Of a DNA stretch of 64,000 bases, positions 53,062 to 61,929 are shown piece by piece (positions within the stretch are counted from its first letter, which is position 1; every line of letters starts with the position of its first letter). Origin of the DNA: a virus. The translations under genes and the position numbers were made by a program. Where the stretch lies: IMG/VR virus record IMGVR_UViG_3300003797_000002. One strand, written 5' to 3'. The notes beneath the pieces were generated by a model. It was not told the origin of the DNA. It ran no database searches and saw only the letters and a program-made list of their open reading frames with translations.

Positions 53062-53726
53062 GTACCGTAAATCTAATCGGAATCACACAGCCTGATTATG
53101 AATACACTGGTTGCATTGATGCACAAGAACTGGTGGCATGGTGTGCTAGAATCAGCAACCCAAGCAATCAGAATAACACACAAACAGCACCTAAGTTGTT
53201 GAAGTATCTGATTACACATAAGCACTTTAGCCCACTCGAAATGGTAGATGTGTCGCTAGAGATTCGCACAACTAGGGATATTGCCCGTCAGATGCTTCGC
53301 CATCGTTCGTTTGTATTTCAGGAATACAGTCAGCGTTATGCTGATCCCACTAAGGACTTGAAGTTCGTTACTCGTGAAGCGCGTTTGCAGGATCCAAAGA
53401 ACCGTCAGAATAGTGTTGATGTTGATGATGAAGACTTACATGATTCTTGGTTGGATTTACAAGCAGAAGTATTGGAAGTTACGAAAAGAGCATATCGTTT
53501 TGCTATTGAGGAAGGCATCGCTAAAGAACAGGCTCGTGCCGTTCTTCCAGAAGGTCTAACTGAATCTGTAATCATTATGAAAGGTAGCCTTCGTAGCTGG
53601 GTACATTATTGTCAGATTCGCATGGACAAAGCAACGCAGAAGGAACATCGTATCTTAGCAGAACAGTGCTGGGAAATCATTGGTGAGCGATTCCCTGCTA
53701 TTTTGGAAGCATTGAAAGATGACTGA
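53058..53726 (+). CDS. thyX: flavin-dependent thymidylate synthase ThyX
   Basis: RHRSFVFQEYSQRY ThyX signature. Confidence 0.9.
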   Translation: MSTVNLIGITQPDYEYTGCIDAQELVAWCARISNPSNQNNTQTAPKLLKYLITHKHFSPLEMVDVSLEIRTTRDIARQMLRHRSFVFQEYSQRYADPTKDLKFVTREARLQDPKNRQNSVDVDDEDLHDSWLDLQAEVLEVTKRAYRFAIEEGIAKEQARAVLPEGLTESVIIMKGSLRSWVHYCQIRMDKATQKEHRILAEQCWEIIGERFPAILEALKDD

Positions 53727-53973
53727 ATGGAACACGTTTGCAGAATCTCGCCCAGAAAATGGACGCAGATTTATTGCTTTATACTCTGATGGTTCTGGAT
53801 CGCAAATGTTCTATCGTTGTGATAGTGTTTGTGTTGATCAAGATGGAGATGATCATCACATTGATGATATAGATAATGGATATTTTTTCTTTTGGTATTA
53901 TCTACCAGATAACTTCAAGATGTGGTGTGAAACGCGATCAGATGATCCTGTTATCTTTCCAGATGTTAAATAA
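53719..53973 (+). CDS. hypothetical protein
   Basis: ATGA overlap junction. Confidence 0.5.
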   Translation: MTEWNTFAESRPENGRRFIALYSDGSGSQMFYRCDSVCVDQDGDDHHIDDIDNGYFFFWYYLPDNFKMWCETRSDDPVIFPDVK

Positions 53974-54028
53974 GAAACTTTACTAGAATACCATTTACAT
54001 GATGACGGTTCTGTGATACTAAGGAAGA

Positions 54029-54499
54029 ATGATGACACATAATGAACGAATCGTAATACTAGGCAAGATTGGTGAAAATATTGTTTCTAACTGGTTGAGT
54101 CGTACTGGTCATGTGGTTGAGTTGTCTCTAGACAACTATGATCGTCAAAAAGATATGACAGTCGATGGTGAACGTCTAGTAGAAGTTAAGACAGAGCAGC
54201 CATACGTAATGCGCAACTGTGTTTCTTTCCGACCAAGTCAGTTAAAGAAATGTAGTTCTGTTGATGACCTCTATGTTGTCACATCACCTGCATTGATCAA
54301 TACGAGTTATAAACACAACGGCAAAATCTTCAGGATTGATCCAAAAAACTTTAATAGTTTCAGGTATACAACCAAGTTTGGTGTTGATATGATTGGTATT
54401 CCATTTGATCAACCTGCGGTGGAAGAAGTATACATACTCAGTGAAAAAGAAAAGCGTGAGTTGATGAAATACTCACATTCTGAATACAAGCGTATGTAG
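54029..54499 (+). CDS. PD-(D/E)XK-fold nuclease-like protein
   Basis: GENIVSNWL..DMTVDGERLVEVKTE arrangement. Confidence 0.45.
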   Translation: MMTHNERIVILGKIGENIVSNWLSRTGHVVELSLDNYDRQKDMTVDGERLVEVKTEQPYVMRNCVSFRPSQLKKCSSVDDLYVVTSPALINTSYKHNGKIFRIDPKNFNSFRYTTKFGVDMIGIPFDQPAVEEVYILSEKEKRELMKYSHSEYKRM

Positions 54500-54510
54500 G
54501 AGAATAAGTA

Positions 54511-54723
54511 ATGTCAGTAAGTTACTCAGCAGTATTTCTAGCGAATGGTACACAGATAGGTACTACTACAGGTCAAACATCAGGCATTGACATTCAAGAA
54601 GAAATGAATGATGTTGCCAACTACTTCAGAGGTAATACTCTTGGAGTTTCGACTCTAGGAGTACAAAACTGGGACACTTTGAACATTACAGCGAACAGTC
54701 AACAATATTCATTTAATAGGTAA
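54511..54723 (+). CDS. hypothetical protein
   Basis: ORF with GGAG SD. Confidence 0.45.
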   Translation: MSVSYSAVFLANGTQIGTTTGQTSGIDIQEEMNDVANYFRGNTLGVSTLGVQNWDTLNITANSQQYSFNR

Positions 54724-54729
54724 TAATGC

Positions 54730-56997
54730 ATGATCCATGTTTCTAAACGCGATGGTAGTAAAGAACCTCTAGACCTAAACAAGTTCCATCGTGTATGTCA
54801 GTTTGCGTGTGAAGGGCTTTCTGGTGTATCTGTATCAGAACTTGAAATCAAAACAAAGATTCAGTTTCACAATGGCATCACGTCCAAGGACATTCAAGAA
54901 ACGCTGATCAAAGCCGCGGCTGATCTTATCTCTGAAGAAACACCTAACTACCAATACGTTGCTGGTCGTCTAATCAACTATCAGTTGCGTAAGGAAGTTT
55001 ATGGTCGATATGATCCCAAGCCTTTATTGCAACATCATGATAGAGTTGAAAGTCTAGGTTATTATGATAGAAATCTTTCAAAGGTGTATTCTTGGGATGA
55101 ATGGGCAGAACTTGGTGATTATATCGACCATGACCGTGACAATCTGCTTACCTATGCTGCAATGGAGCAGTTTCGTGGTAAGTATCTGATTCGCAATCGT
55201 GTCACAGGAAAGTTCTACGAAACGCCTCAGATGGCATTCATGTTGATCGCCATGACATTGTTTCAAAACTATAAAACAGACCGTATCAAGTGGGTAAAGG
55301 AACTATACGATGCTATCTCTACATTTGACATTAGCTTGCCTACTCCTATTATGGCTGGAGTTCGTTCTCCTCAGCGTCAGTTTAGTTCTTGCGTGCTTAT
55401 TGAGTCGGATGATTCTCTCGATTCTATCAACGCTACTTCCTCTGCAATCGTTAAGTACGTTTCTCAGAAGGCTGGAATCGGAATTGGTGGTGGCCTCATT
55501 AGGGCTATTGGCTCTCCCATTCGCGGTGGCGACGCTGTTCATACTGGCGTTGTGTCATTTTGGAAGCATTTTCAAAGCGCTGTTAAGTCGTGTTCGCAAG
55601 GCGGCGTAAGAGGTGGTGCAGCAACCATCTACTATCCTCTTTGGCATCTTGAAGTAGAAGACCTTTTAGTTCTTAAAAATAACAAGGGCACAGAAGACAA
55701 TCGCATTCGGCATATGGACTATGGTGTCCAGTTCAACAAGGTGATGTATGAAAGACTTCTATCTGGTGGTAACATCACCCTCTTCTCGCCTTCTGATGTG
55801 CCGGATCTCTACAAATGTTTCTTCACAAACACCGACGAGTTCCGAACCCTCTATGAGAAGTATGAACGAAACACCAAAATCAGAAAGAAAACTGTATCTG
55901 CAATTGACCTTTTTTCGTCCTTCATGCAAGAGCGAAAAGATACAGGACGAATCTATCTGATGAACGTTGACCATGCCAATGATCATGGTTCGTTTGTCAA
56001 GGAAAAAGCACCAATCAAAATGAGCAATCTCTGCTGTGAGATTACTTTGCCAACAATACCACTAAAGGACATCAATGATGAAGAAGGTGAGATTTCTCTC
56101 TGCACTCTTGCGGCTATCAATTGGGGCAAAATCAAAAAGCCTAGCGATTTTGAGAAGCCTTGTACAATTGCTGTTAGATGCCTTGACGCTCTTCTGGATT
56201 ATCAGTCTTATCCCGTTCGTGCTGCCTATTTGGGGACTATGGCACGTAGGCCGTTGGGTGTGGGCATCATCAATTTCGCTTATTGGTTGGCTCGTAATGA
56301 TAGCACTTATTCCAGCCCTAATCTTGGTCTTATTCATAGTTACGCTGAAGCGTGGTCTTACTATCTTATTAAGGCATCTGTCGATCTTGCAGAAGAGTTT
56401 GGCAAGTGTGGTAAGTCGGATGAGACAAAATATGGTCTAGGCATTATGCCAGTTGATACATACAAGAAAGATGTTGACGATCTAGTAGAACCATGCTATA
56501 ATATGGATTGGGATCTACTAAAAGATAGATCCGAAATGTATGGCATTCGCAACTCAACTTTGATGGCTCTTATGCCTGCTGAAACTTCTGCACAGATTAG
56601 CAACTCTACTAATGGTATCGAACCGCCTCGTGCATTGGTATCAATCAAGCAGAGTAAAGATGGTGTTCTAAAGCAGGTTGTTCCTGATATCAAGAAACTA
56701 AAGAATAAGTATGAGTTGCTATGGGACCAGAAGTCACCAGAGGGTTATCTGAAGATCATGGCAGTTCTACAGAAGTTTGTCGATCAAGCTATCTCCGTGA
56801 ACACCTCCTACAATCCAGCCCACTATCCAGAGGGTAAGATTCCTCTATCAGAGATGATCGGGCACTTGCTGATGTTTTATAAACTCGGAGGCAAAAACCT
56901 ATACTATTTCAACACCAATGATCAGTCTGGTGAGATTGAAGATACACTAGCACCAGGTGAAGTTGATCAGGAAGATTGTGATAGTTGTAAAATCTGA
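54730..56997 (+). CDS. nrdA: ribonucleotide reductase class Ia alpha subunit
   Basis: ATP-cone start VSKRDGSKEPLDLNKF, SSCVLI, NLCCEI active-site motifs. Confidence 0.95.
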   Translation: MIHVSKRDGSKEPLDLNKFHRVCQFACEGLSGVSVSELEIKTKIQFHNGITSKDIQETLIKAAADLISEETPNYQYVAGRLINYQLRKEVYGRYDPKPLLQHHDRVESLGYYDRNLSKVYSWDEWAELGDYIDHDRDNLLTYAAMEQFRGKYLIRNRVTGKFYETPQMAFMLIAMTLFQNYKTDRIKWVKELYDAISTFDISLPTPIMAGVRSPQRQFSSCVLIESDDSLDSINATSSAIVKYVSQKAGIGIGGGLIRAIGSPIRGGDAVHTGVVSFWKHFQSAVKSCSQGGVRGGAATIYYPLWHLEVEDLLVLKNNKGTEDNRIRHMDYGVQFNKVMYERLLSGGNITLFSPSDVPDLYKCFFTNTDEFRTLYEKYERNTKIRKKTVSAIDLFSSFMQERKDTGRIYLMNVDHANDHGSFVKEKAPIKMSNLCCEITLPTIPLKDINDEEGEISLCTLAAINWGKIKKPSDFEKPCTIAVRCLDALLDYQSYPVRAAYLGTMARRPLGVGIINFAYWLARNDSTYSSPNLGLIHSYAEAWSYYLIKASVDLAEEFGKCGKSDETKYGLGIMPVDTYKKDVDDLVEPCYNMDWDLLKDRSEMYGIRNSTLMALMPAETSAQISNSTNGIEPPRALVSIKQSKDGVLKQVVPDIKKLKNKYELLWDQKSPEGYLKIMAVLQKFVDQAISVNTSYNPAHYPEGKIPLSEMIGHLLMFYKLGGKNLYYFNTNDQSGEIEDTLAPGEVDQEDCDSCKI

Positions 56998-57052
56998 TGT
57001 TGGATACTGGAATATCGCGAGTCACATCTTATTTATATAAAGGAGTTTTGTT

Positions 57053-57505
57053 ATGAAGTATTTCATGGATTGTGAATATAACGGCTTCGGAGGGCAGCTA
57101 CTTAGTCTAGCTTTGGTACGTGAAGACGGGCATAGCCTATATATCAAATATGAGACAATCCAAGAGATTGATCCATGGGTTGCTATAAATGTTATGCCCG
57201 TCATTATTAATGTACCCAAAGGCGTTAAGATGCAAGTTGCTTCTCTATTGGACAATCGCGGCGCACATATGATCCAAGAGTTCTTCGGTGATGATCCATG
57301 CCCTGTGATTACTACAGATTGGCCAGATGACATCAAGTATCTTTGTCAGGCAATGATTACTGGTCCAGGTGAGATGATTGCCGTTCCTAGGATCATCTTT
57401 GATATGGTGCGCGTTGATGCTTATCCAACTACACTACCTGGTGCTATTCGACACAATGCTTGGTGGGATGCTTCTGCACTAAAGCACATGTTTGAAAGTG
57501 TCTAG
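57053..57505 (+). CDS. DEDD 3'-5' exo(ribo)nuclease, Rv2179c-like
   Basis: MKYFMDCEYNGFGGQLLSLALVREDG matches the M.YF.DTEF..G....LISIG.V.EDG family N-terminus. Confidence 0.55.
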   Translation: MKYFMDCEYNGFGGQLLSLALVREDGHSLYIKYETIQEIDPWVAINVMPVIINVPKGVKMQVASLLDNRGAHMIQEFFGDDPCPVITTDWPDDIKYLCQAMITGPGEMIAVPRIIFDMVRVDAYPTTLPGAIRHNAWWDASALKHMFESV

Positions 57506-57507
57506 TT

Positions 57508-57696
57508 ATGCGATATATTCGAATAAATAATAACAAATGGGAAGAGAACGGCAAAGTCTACGAGGTGGTTGAAGCTAAGAACTATTCAAACTCCACCAAG
57601 ATTGACTTTGTTTTAAAAGATGAAACTCATGTTTGGCGACAAACTTTTCCTGCAAATCAAGTAGAATGGATAGACGAAAGCGATGTCAGTTTTTAA
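57508..57696 (+). CDS. hypothetical protein
   Basis: ORF only. Confidence 0.45.
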   Translation: MRYIRINNNKWEENGKVYEVVEAKNYSNSTKIDFVLKDETHVWRQTFPANQVEWIDESDVSF

Positions 57697-58780
57697 TAAC
57701 AACAGATTTGACGCAACACAACAGACTTGCTTCTTTGGTGAGAATGTAAACATCGCTAGATATGACAAACAACGCTATCCAATCTTTGAAAAACTAACTG
57801 ATAAACAACTCGGTTTCTTCTGGCGACCAGAAGAAGTTGATCTGTCTCGCGATGGCAAAGACTTCAAGGCACTAAATGACCATGAGAAACACATTTTTAC
57901 CTCGAACCTTAAGCGTCAGATTCTACTTGATTCTGTACAAGGTCGGGCTCCTTCGCTTGCTTTCCTCCCTGTGTGTTCGCTACCAGAGTTGGAGACCTGG
58001 ATCCAAACTTGGGCTTTCAGTGAGACGATTCATAGTAGATCGTACACTCACATCATTCGCAATGTATACAGTGATCCAAGTAGAGTATTCGATGAGATGC
58101 TCGACATCCCAGAAATCTTAGACTGTGCCGAGGATATCAGCAAGTATTATGATGATTTGATTACTCTAAACAATACACTTGGTTGTCCAGAATCGGAATA
58201 TGGTTATACGCCAAAGTATCGATATGATCACAAGAAAGCATTATGGTTATGTCTCAATGCTGTCAATGCTCTAGAAGGAGTTAGATTCTATGTATCATTC
58301 GCCTGCTCTTGGGCATTTGCTGAAGTCAAGAAAATGGAAGGCAATGCTAAGATCATTAAACTCATTGCCAGAGACGAGAACGTTCATCTTGCCTCAACTC
58401 AAAATCTCCTCAAGATACTACCGAAAGAGGATGAAGACTTTGCGAGAATACGGGAAGAGACACGGGATGAATGTGCTGCTATCTTTCACCGAGTCATCGA
58501 TCAAGAAAAGGGGTGGGCACGCTATCTCTTTCATCAGGGGTCGATGATTGGTCTAAATGAACAACTGCTGTGTGACTATGTAGATCACATTGCAGCAAAG
58601 CGTATGAGCAATATCGGTCTTCCAGGTAAGTCAGGACCTAATCCTCTACCATGGACTGCTAAATGGATTAGTGGTTCTGATGTACAAGTAGCACCCCAGG
58701 AAACAGAGATTACCAGTTATGTTTCTGGTGGCGTGAAAAAAGATATCACGGACACGACATTTTCTAACTTTACCCTATGA
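57683..58780 (+). CDS. nrdB: ribonucleotide reductase class Ia beta subunit
   Basis: FFWRPEEVD, WAFSETIHSRSYTHI, LEGVRFY, RDENVHL diiron/tyrosyl motifs. Confidence 0.95.
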   Translation: MSVFNNNRFDATQQTCFFGENVNIARYDKQRYPIFEKLTDKQLGFFWRPEEVDLSRDGKDFKALNDHEKHIFTSNLKRQILLDSVQGRAPSLAFLPVCSLPELETWIQTWAFSETIHSRSYTHIIRNVYSDPSRVFDEMLDIPEILDCAEDISKYYDDLITLNNTLGCPESEYGYTPKYRYDHKKALWLCLNAVNALEGVRFYVSFACSWAFAEVKKMEGNAKIIKLIARDENVHLASTQNLLKILPKEDEDFARIREETRDECAAIFHRVIDQEKGWARYLFHQGSMIGLNEQLLCDYVDHIAAKRMSNIGLPGKSGPNPLPWTAKWISGSDVQVAPQETEITSYVSGGVKKDITDTTFSNFTL

Positions 58781-59226
58781 CAACTTATATAAGTATACGT
58801 GAAGCAACCGAGGTTGACTATCCTAGAATGATAGAGATAGAGAAAGCCTCATTTGAAACAGACACGATTACGATTGATGAACTTGAAGACTACCAATCAT
58901 TTGGTTGTAATGTCAATGTTCTTCAGATCAATGATGATATAGCAGGCTTCTATATAAGTTATGTCTATGATGACGATCAAGATCAATCTGAATATCTAGA
59001 AACTTTAGAGATTGACCCACAATACCGCGGGCAAGGATACTCTAAACTGCTTTTACAACACTATATCGATAATAAGACTATACCATGGTCCCCTCTCACT
59101 TTACACTGTAGAGTAGAGAACGATGTGGCTCTGTCTTTATATAATGCATACGGTTTTACTATTATTGAGTTGGTCCTTGGCTTTTACGATGATGGAGGTA
59201 ATGCATACAAACTCGTAAGGAGCTAA
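58777..59226 (+). CDS. GNAT-family N-acetyltransferase (RimI-like)
   Basis: LEIDPQYRGQGYSKLLL (motif A), NDVALSLYNAYGF. Confidence 0.75.
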   Translation: MTTYISIREATEVDYPRMIEIEKASFETDTITIDELEDYQSFGCNVNVLQINDDIAGFYISYVYDDDQDQSEYLETLEIDPQYRGQGYSKLLLQHYIDNKTIPWSPLTLHCRVENDVALSLYNAYGFTIIELVLGFYDDGGNAYKLVRS

Positions 59227-59235
59227 TACCCAGAA

Positions 59236-59922
59236 ATGAAGACCAAGATACACCCTATCTTTGGTAATGTTTCGCAATACGATTTACAAGTTTACGATTT
59301 AGAACTAGACCTGGAAAACTCGCGTGAAGTGGACGCCCTCGAACAAGGTTGGTTGATTAACGATAGAAAGTGGTATAACTCACGTTCTGTCCGCATCGAC
59401 TGCAATCTATTCGATAAGAAAACTAAACCACTAAAGGGTTATAAAGTAACCCACGTTGAATCGATTGAGGATATGTCAGACGTTGGTACCGTATTCGGTA
59501 TGTTTACAGCAAGACGTAACCTCGATGACATTTATACAATAGAAATCGATCTAGATCGTGCAACATGGATTCTTGTGCATAACAATGCAGGAGACTTGGT
59601 TGCATTTTCTAAGATGACAACTTATGACGGTGGGCTTGAAACACAGTTTACCGCATGGGACTATTCAGAACCAAAAGCTTCTATCTCACGCCACTTAGTG
59701 GCATATGAAGTAGAGTTAGCCAAGAAGATGGGATATTATCATCTTTACATTGGTTCTGGCTATGGAAATATTGGTATCTACAAGTCACAGTTCAAAGGTT
59801 TTGAATGGTGGGATGGAAAACAGTGGTCTACCGACATTGATAAGTATGTCGAAGTCTGCCACAGAGATGACTCCATCAAAACCCTTCAAGACTTATCTGG
59901 ATTGATTAATGGCCCTACCTAA
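59236..59922 (+). CDS. aminoacyl-tRNA-protein transferase-like protein (ATE/Bpt C-terminal-domain-like)
   Basis: FTAWDYSEP..ISRHLVAYEVELAKKMGYYHLYIGSGY..IYKSQFKGFEWWDGKQW parallels the Bpt pattern FYTFFEP..SLG..YLYLGY..NYK..F...E......W. Confidence 0.45.
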   Translation: MKTKIHPIFGNVSQYDLQVYDLELDLENSREVDALEQGWLINDRKWYNSRSVRIDCNLFDKKTKPLKGYKVTHVESIEDMSDVGTVFGMFTARRNLDDIYTIEIDLDRATWILVHNNAGDLVAFSKMTTYDGGLETQFTAWDYSEPKASISRHLVAYEVELAKKMGYYHLYIGSGYGNIGIYKSQFKGFEWWDGKQWSTDIDKYVEVCHRDDSIKTLQDLSGLINGPT

Positions 59923-60382
59923 AGTTCATAGTTTTCGTGTCCATACAATGCTTCACGATCCTGCCTTTCAAAAAGAGATTGGTAGGACCGTGAAGATCAT
60001 TAACAAGTATGATGTTCCTTATGTTGCTGGTTATTCCAAAGACAGTAAAGACATCTACATTGATAGACACATGAACGTTGACTTTAATGGTACAGATATC
60101 ACAAAATACCTCCTTGTTCACGAAAGAGTGGAGAAGGCCTTGATAGATGTGTTTGGGCTTCGATACCAAGAAGCCCATCACATTGCGTTAGCAGTAGAGC
60201 ATGATGCAGTTGTTGGGGATGGGCTAAACTGGAGAGCATACGATAAGTTTGTTGATAAATACGTCAAGAAACTTGATCATGAAAACCTCAAGTTATCACC
60301 ACCAAATCTAGACCTCACGCCCTACGAAGACGAAAAGGACTTCTCCAAGTTCGTGAAAAAACGGAGTAAACAAAATGATTGA
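59909..60382 (+). CDS. hypothetical protein
   Basis: ORF overlapping the upstream gene end. Confidence 0.5.
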   Translation: MALPKVHSFRVHTMLHDPAFQKEIGRTVKIINKYDVPYVAGYSKDSKDIYIDRHMNVDFNGTDITKYLLVHERVEKALIDVFGLRYQEAHHIALAVEHDAVVGDGLNWRAYDKFVDKYVKKLDHENLKLSPPNLDLTPYEDEKDFSKFVKKRSKQND

Positions 60383-60536
60383 TTGGATCGAATGTTCTGT
60401 CTGTGAAACAGAATACAAGTTGATTAGTAAAGAACCAGGCATACAAGTTGAGTTTTGTCCATTTTGTGGCGTTGATGCTGATAGCCAGTTCACACCAGAA
60501 GAAGTAGACGACGAAGATGAAGAGTTCGATAGTTAA
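60375..60536 (+). CDS. zinc-ribbon mini-protein (53 aa)
   Basis: CSVC..17 aa..CPFC followed by an acidic tail; below ORF-track cutoff. Confidence 0.45.
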   Translation: MIDWIECSVCETEYKLISKEPGIQVEFCPFCGVDADSQFTPEEVDDEDEEFDS

Positions 60537-60956
60537 ATGGATTATGAAAATCCATGGATCTACGATGGGGAACCCTTTACTGATGCACAGGCTGATGGTC
60601 ATTTTGCATTTGTTTACTTGATAACAAACAAAGTTACTGGTCGAAAATATCTTGGCAAAAAACTCTTTACAATGGCTGGCTATAAGACTATAAAGGGTAA
60701 GAAGAAGAAGATTCGCAAGCCTAGCGATTGGAAGACCTATTATGGTTCTTCTCCAAGTCTGAAAGCAGATGTTGAAGACTTAGGCAAAGAAAACTTTTCT
60801 CGCCAGATACTAAAAGTTGTTGACAATAGATCATCCGCCAGTTATTATGAAGCGAAAGAGATGTTTGCTGTGGATGCGATTCTCTCAGATGAGTATTATA
60901 ATGATTGGTGTACTATAAAGATTTCATCGATGCATGTGAAAGCAATCTATAAATGA
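60537..60956 (+). CDS. GIY-YIG domain protein (short, no DNA-binding extension)
   Basis: FAFVYLITNKVTGRKYLGKK..YYGSS..R.IL..YEAKE. Confidence 0.55.
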   Translation: MDYENPWIYDGEPFTDAQADGHFAFVYLITNKVTGRKYLGKKLFTMAGYKTIKGKKKKIRKPSDWKTYYGSSPSLKADVEDLGKENFSRQILKVVDNRSSASYYEAKEMFAVDAILSDEYYNDWCTIKISSMHVKAIYK

Positions 60957-61031
60957 GATAGGTTCTGTCAGTTGTACCTTAAACGACTGTCAAATGTTAT
61001 AACATTGTTTTATTTTAATGGAGAATACTGA

Positions 61032-61505
61032 ATGAAGAATCTTATGTTTGCCCTCGCGGCTCTTACCGCTGTTGCTGCTACTCCTGCAATGGCAGACAGC
61101 TTTGTCGGCCCTCGTGTAACTGGCGTTGTCGGCTATCAGGACATCACTGCAATCCCATCAAACCGTTCATTCACTTATGGTGTTGAAGCTGGTTATGACA
61201 GCAAGCTTGTTGGTCCTGTTACCGTAGGCGTTGAAGCTGGTCTAGACAACGTATTTGACCGCACCGATGTTAACGTTGGTGGTCGTCTTGGCTATGAAGT
61301 AACTCCACATACTCTAGTGTATGCTGGTCTAGGTTATGACAACCTCCGTGATCTAGAAGCACACAATCTCCAGGGTCTTCGCGCTACCGCAGGTCTTGAC
61401 GTTAACGTCATTGGTCATGTTTCGGTTGGTGCTCAGTACACCCACACCGATCTTGGCGCAGTCAAGAACAATGGTGCGGCTGGTACGGTGACCTTCCGCT
61501 TCTGA
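61032..61505 (+). CDS. outer-membrane beta-barrel protein (OmpA-like/OMP_b-brl porin family) with signal peptide
   Basis: Signal MKNLMFALAALTAVAATPAMA. Alternating amphipathic strands with YxxGxGY patterns. C-terminal ..GTVTFRF. Visibly more GC-rich than its neighbours. Confidence 0.75.
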   Translation: MKNLMFALAALTAVAATPAMADSFVGPRVTGVVGYQDITAIPSNRSFTYGVEAGYDSKLVGPVTVGVEAGLDNVFDRTDVNVGGRLGYEVTPHTLVYAGLGYDNLRDLEAHNLQGLRATAGLDVNVIGHVSVGAQYTHTDLGAVKNNGAAGTVTFRF

Positions 61506-61533
61506 TAAATAGAAGTACCACACCCCAGTGAGA

Positions 61534-61569
61534 ATGCCCTCGGAGTTTCGGCTTCGGGGGCATTTTTTG
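61534..61569 (+). terminator. rho-independent terminator
   Basis: AATGCCCTCG/CGGGGGCATT stem (one G.U pair) followed by TTTTTT. Confidence 0.75.
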
Positions 61570-61572
61570 TGG

Positions 61573-61636
61573 TTGACATTTTTGGCGAATCGTGTACATT
61601 GAGAAAGTAGTCAATGAGAAAAGGTGATTCGCAATG
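61573..61636 (+). promoter_or_regulatory. early promoter + leader cassette
   Basis: TTGACA 61573-78, TTTTTGGCGAATCGTG, TACATT 61595-600, GAGAAAGTAGTCAATGAGAAAAGGTGATTCGCAATG. Confidence 0.75.
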
Positions 61637-61918
61637 AGCATCGCAGTTATCATTCGTGACCAGATCAAAGCCATTGATCCTCGCGCACTGTGGGCTTGGG
61701 GTGCTAAAGACCTCGTGAACATGGGCGATGGGCTGAAGTTCAAATCCAGCGGGATGGCCAAGTGGAAGGGCTATGTTTACGTCAAGTACAACGAAGGCAA
61801 AGACCTTTACGACATTGACTTCTTCAAGATTCGTGGCATTGATGTAAAGTATGTCAAGAAACTCGAAGGCATCTATGTCGAAGATTTGGTCAGTGTGATT
61901 GATGAAGTTGTCGGTTAA
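61634..61918 (+). CDS. hypothetical protein
   Basis: Cassette-driven ORF. Confidence 0.55.
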   Translation: MSIAVIIRDQIKAIDPRALWAWGAKDLVNMGDGLKFKSSGMAKWKGYVYVKYNEGKDLYDIDFFKIRGIDVKYVKKLEGIYVEDLVSVIDEVVG

Positions 61919-61929
61919 GGAGATTTGTT

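Noticed and set aside
57030-57037. Minus-strand TATAAATA between nrdA and the exonuclease gene
   Set aside because: No minus-strand gene lies downstream of it, so it would only drive antisense transcription into nrdA. I consider it a chance occurrence in AT-rich spacer.
53058-58780. Group I introns or inteins in thyX, nrdA or nrdB (common in T4-like phages)
   Set aside because: All three reading frames are continuous and collinear with canonical proteins. No insertion or interrupting structured segment was seen.
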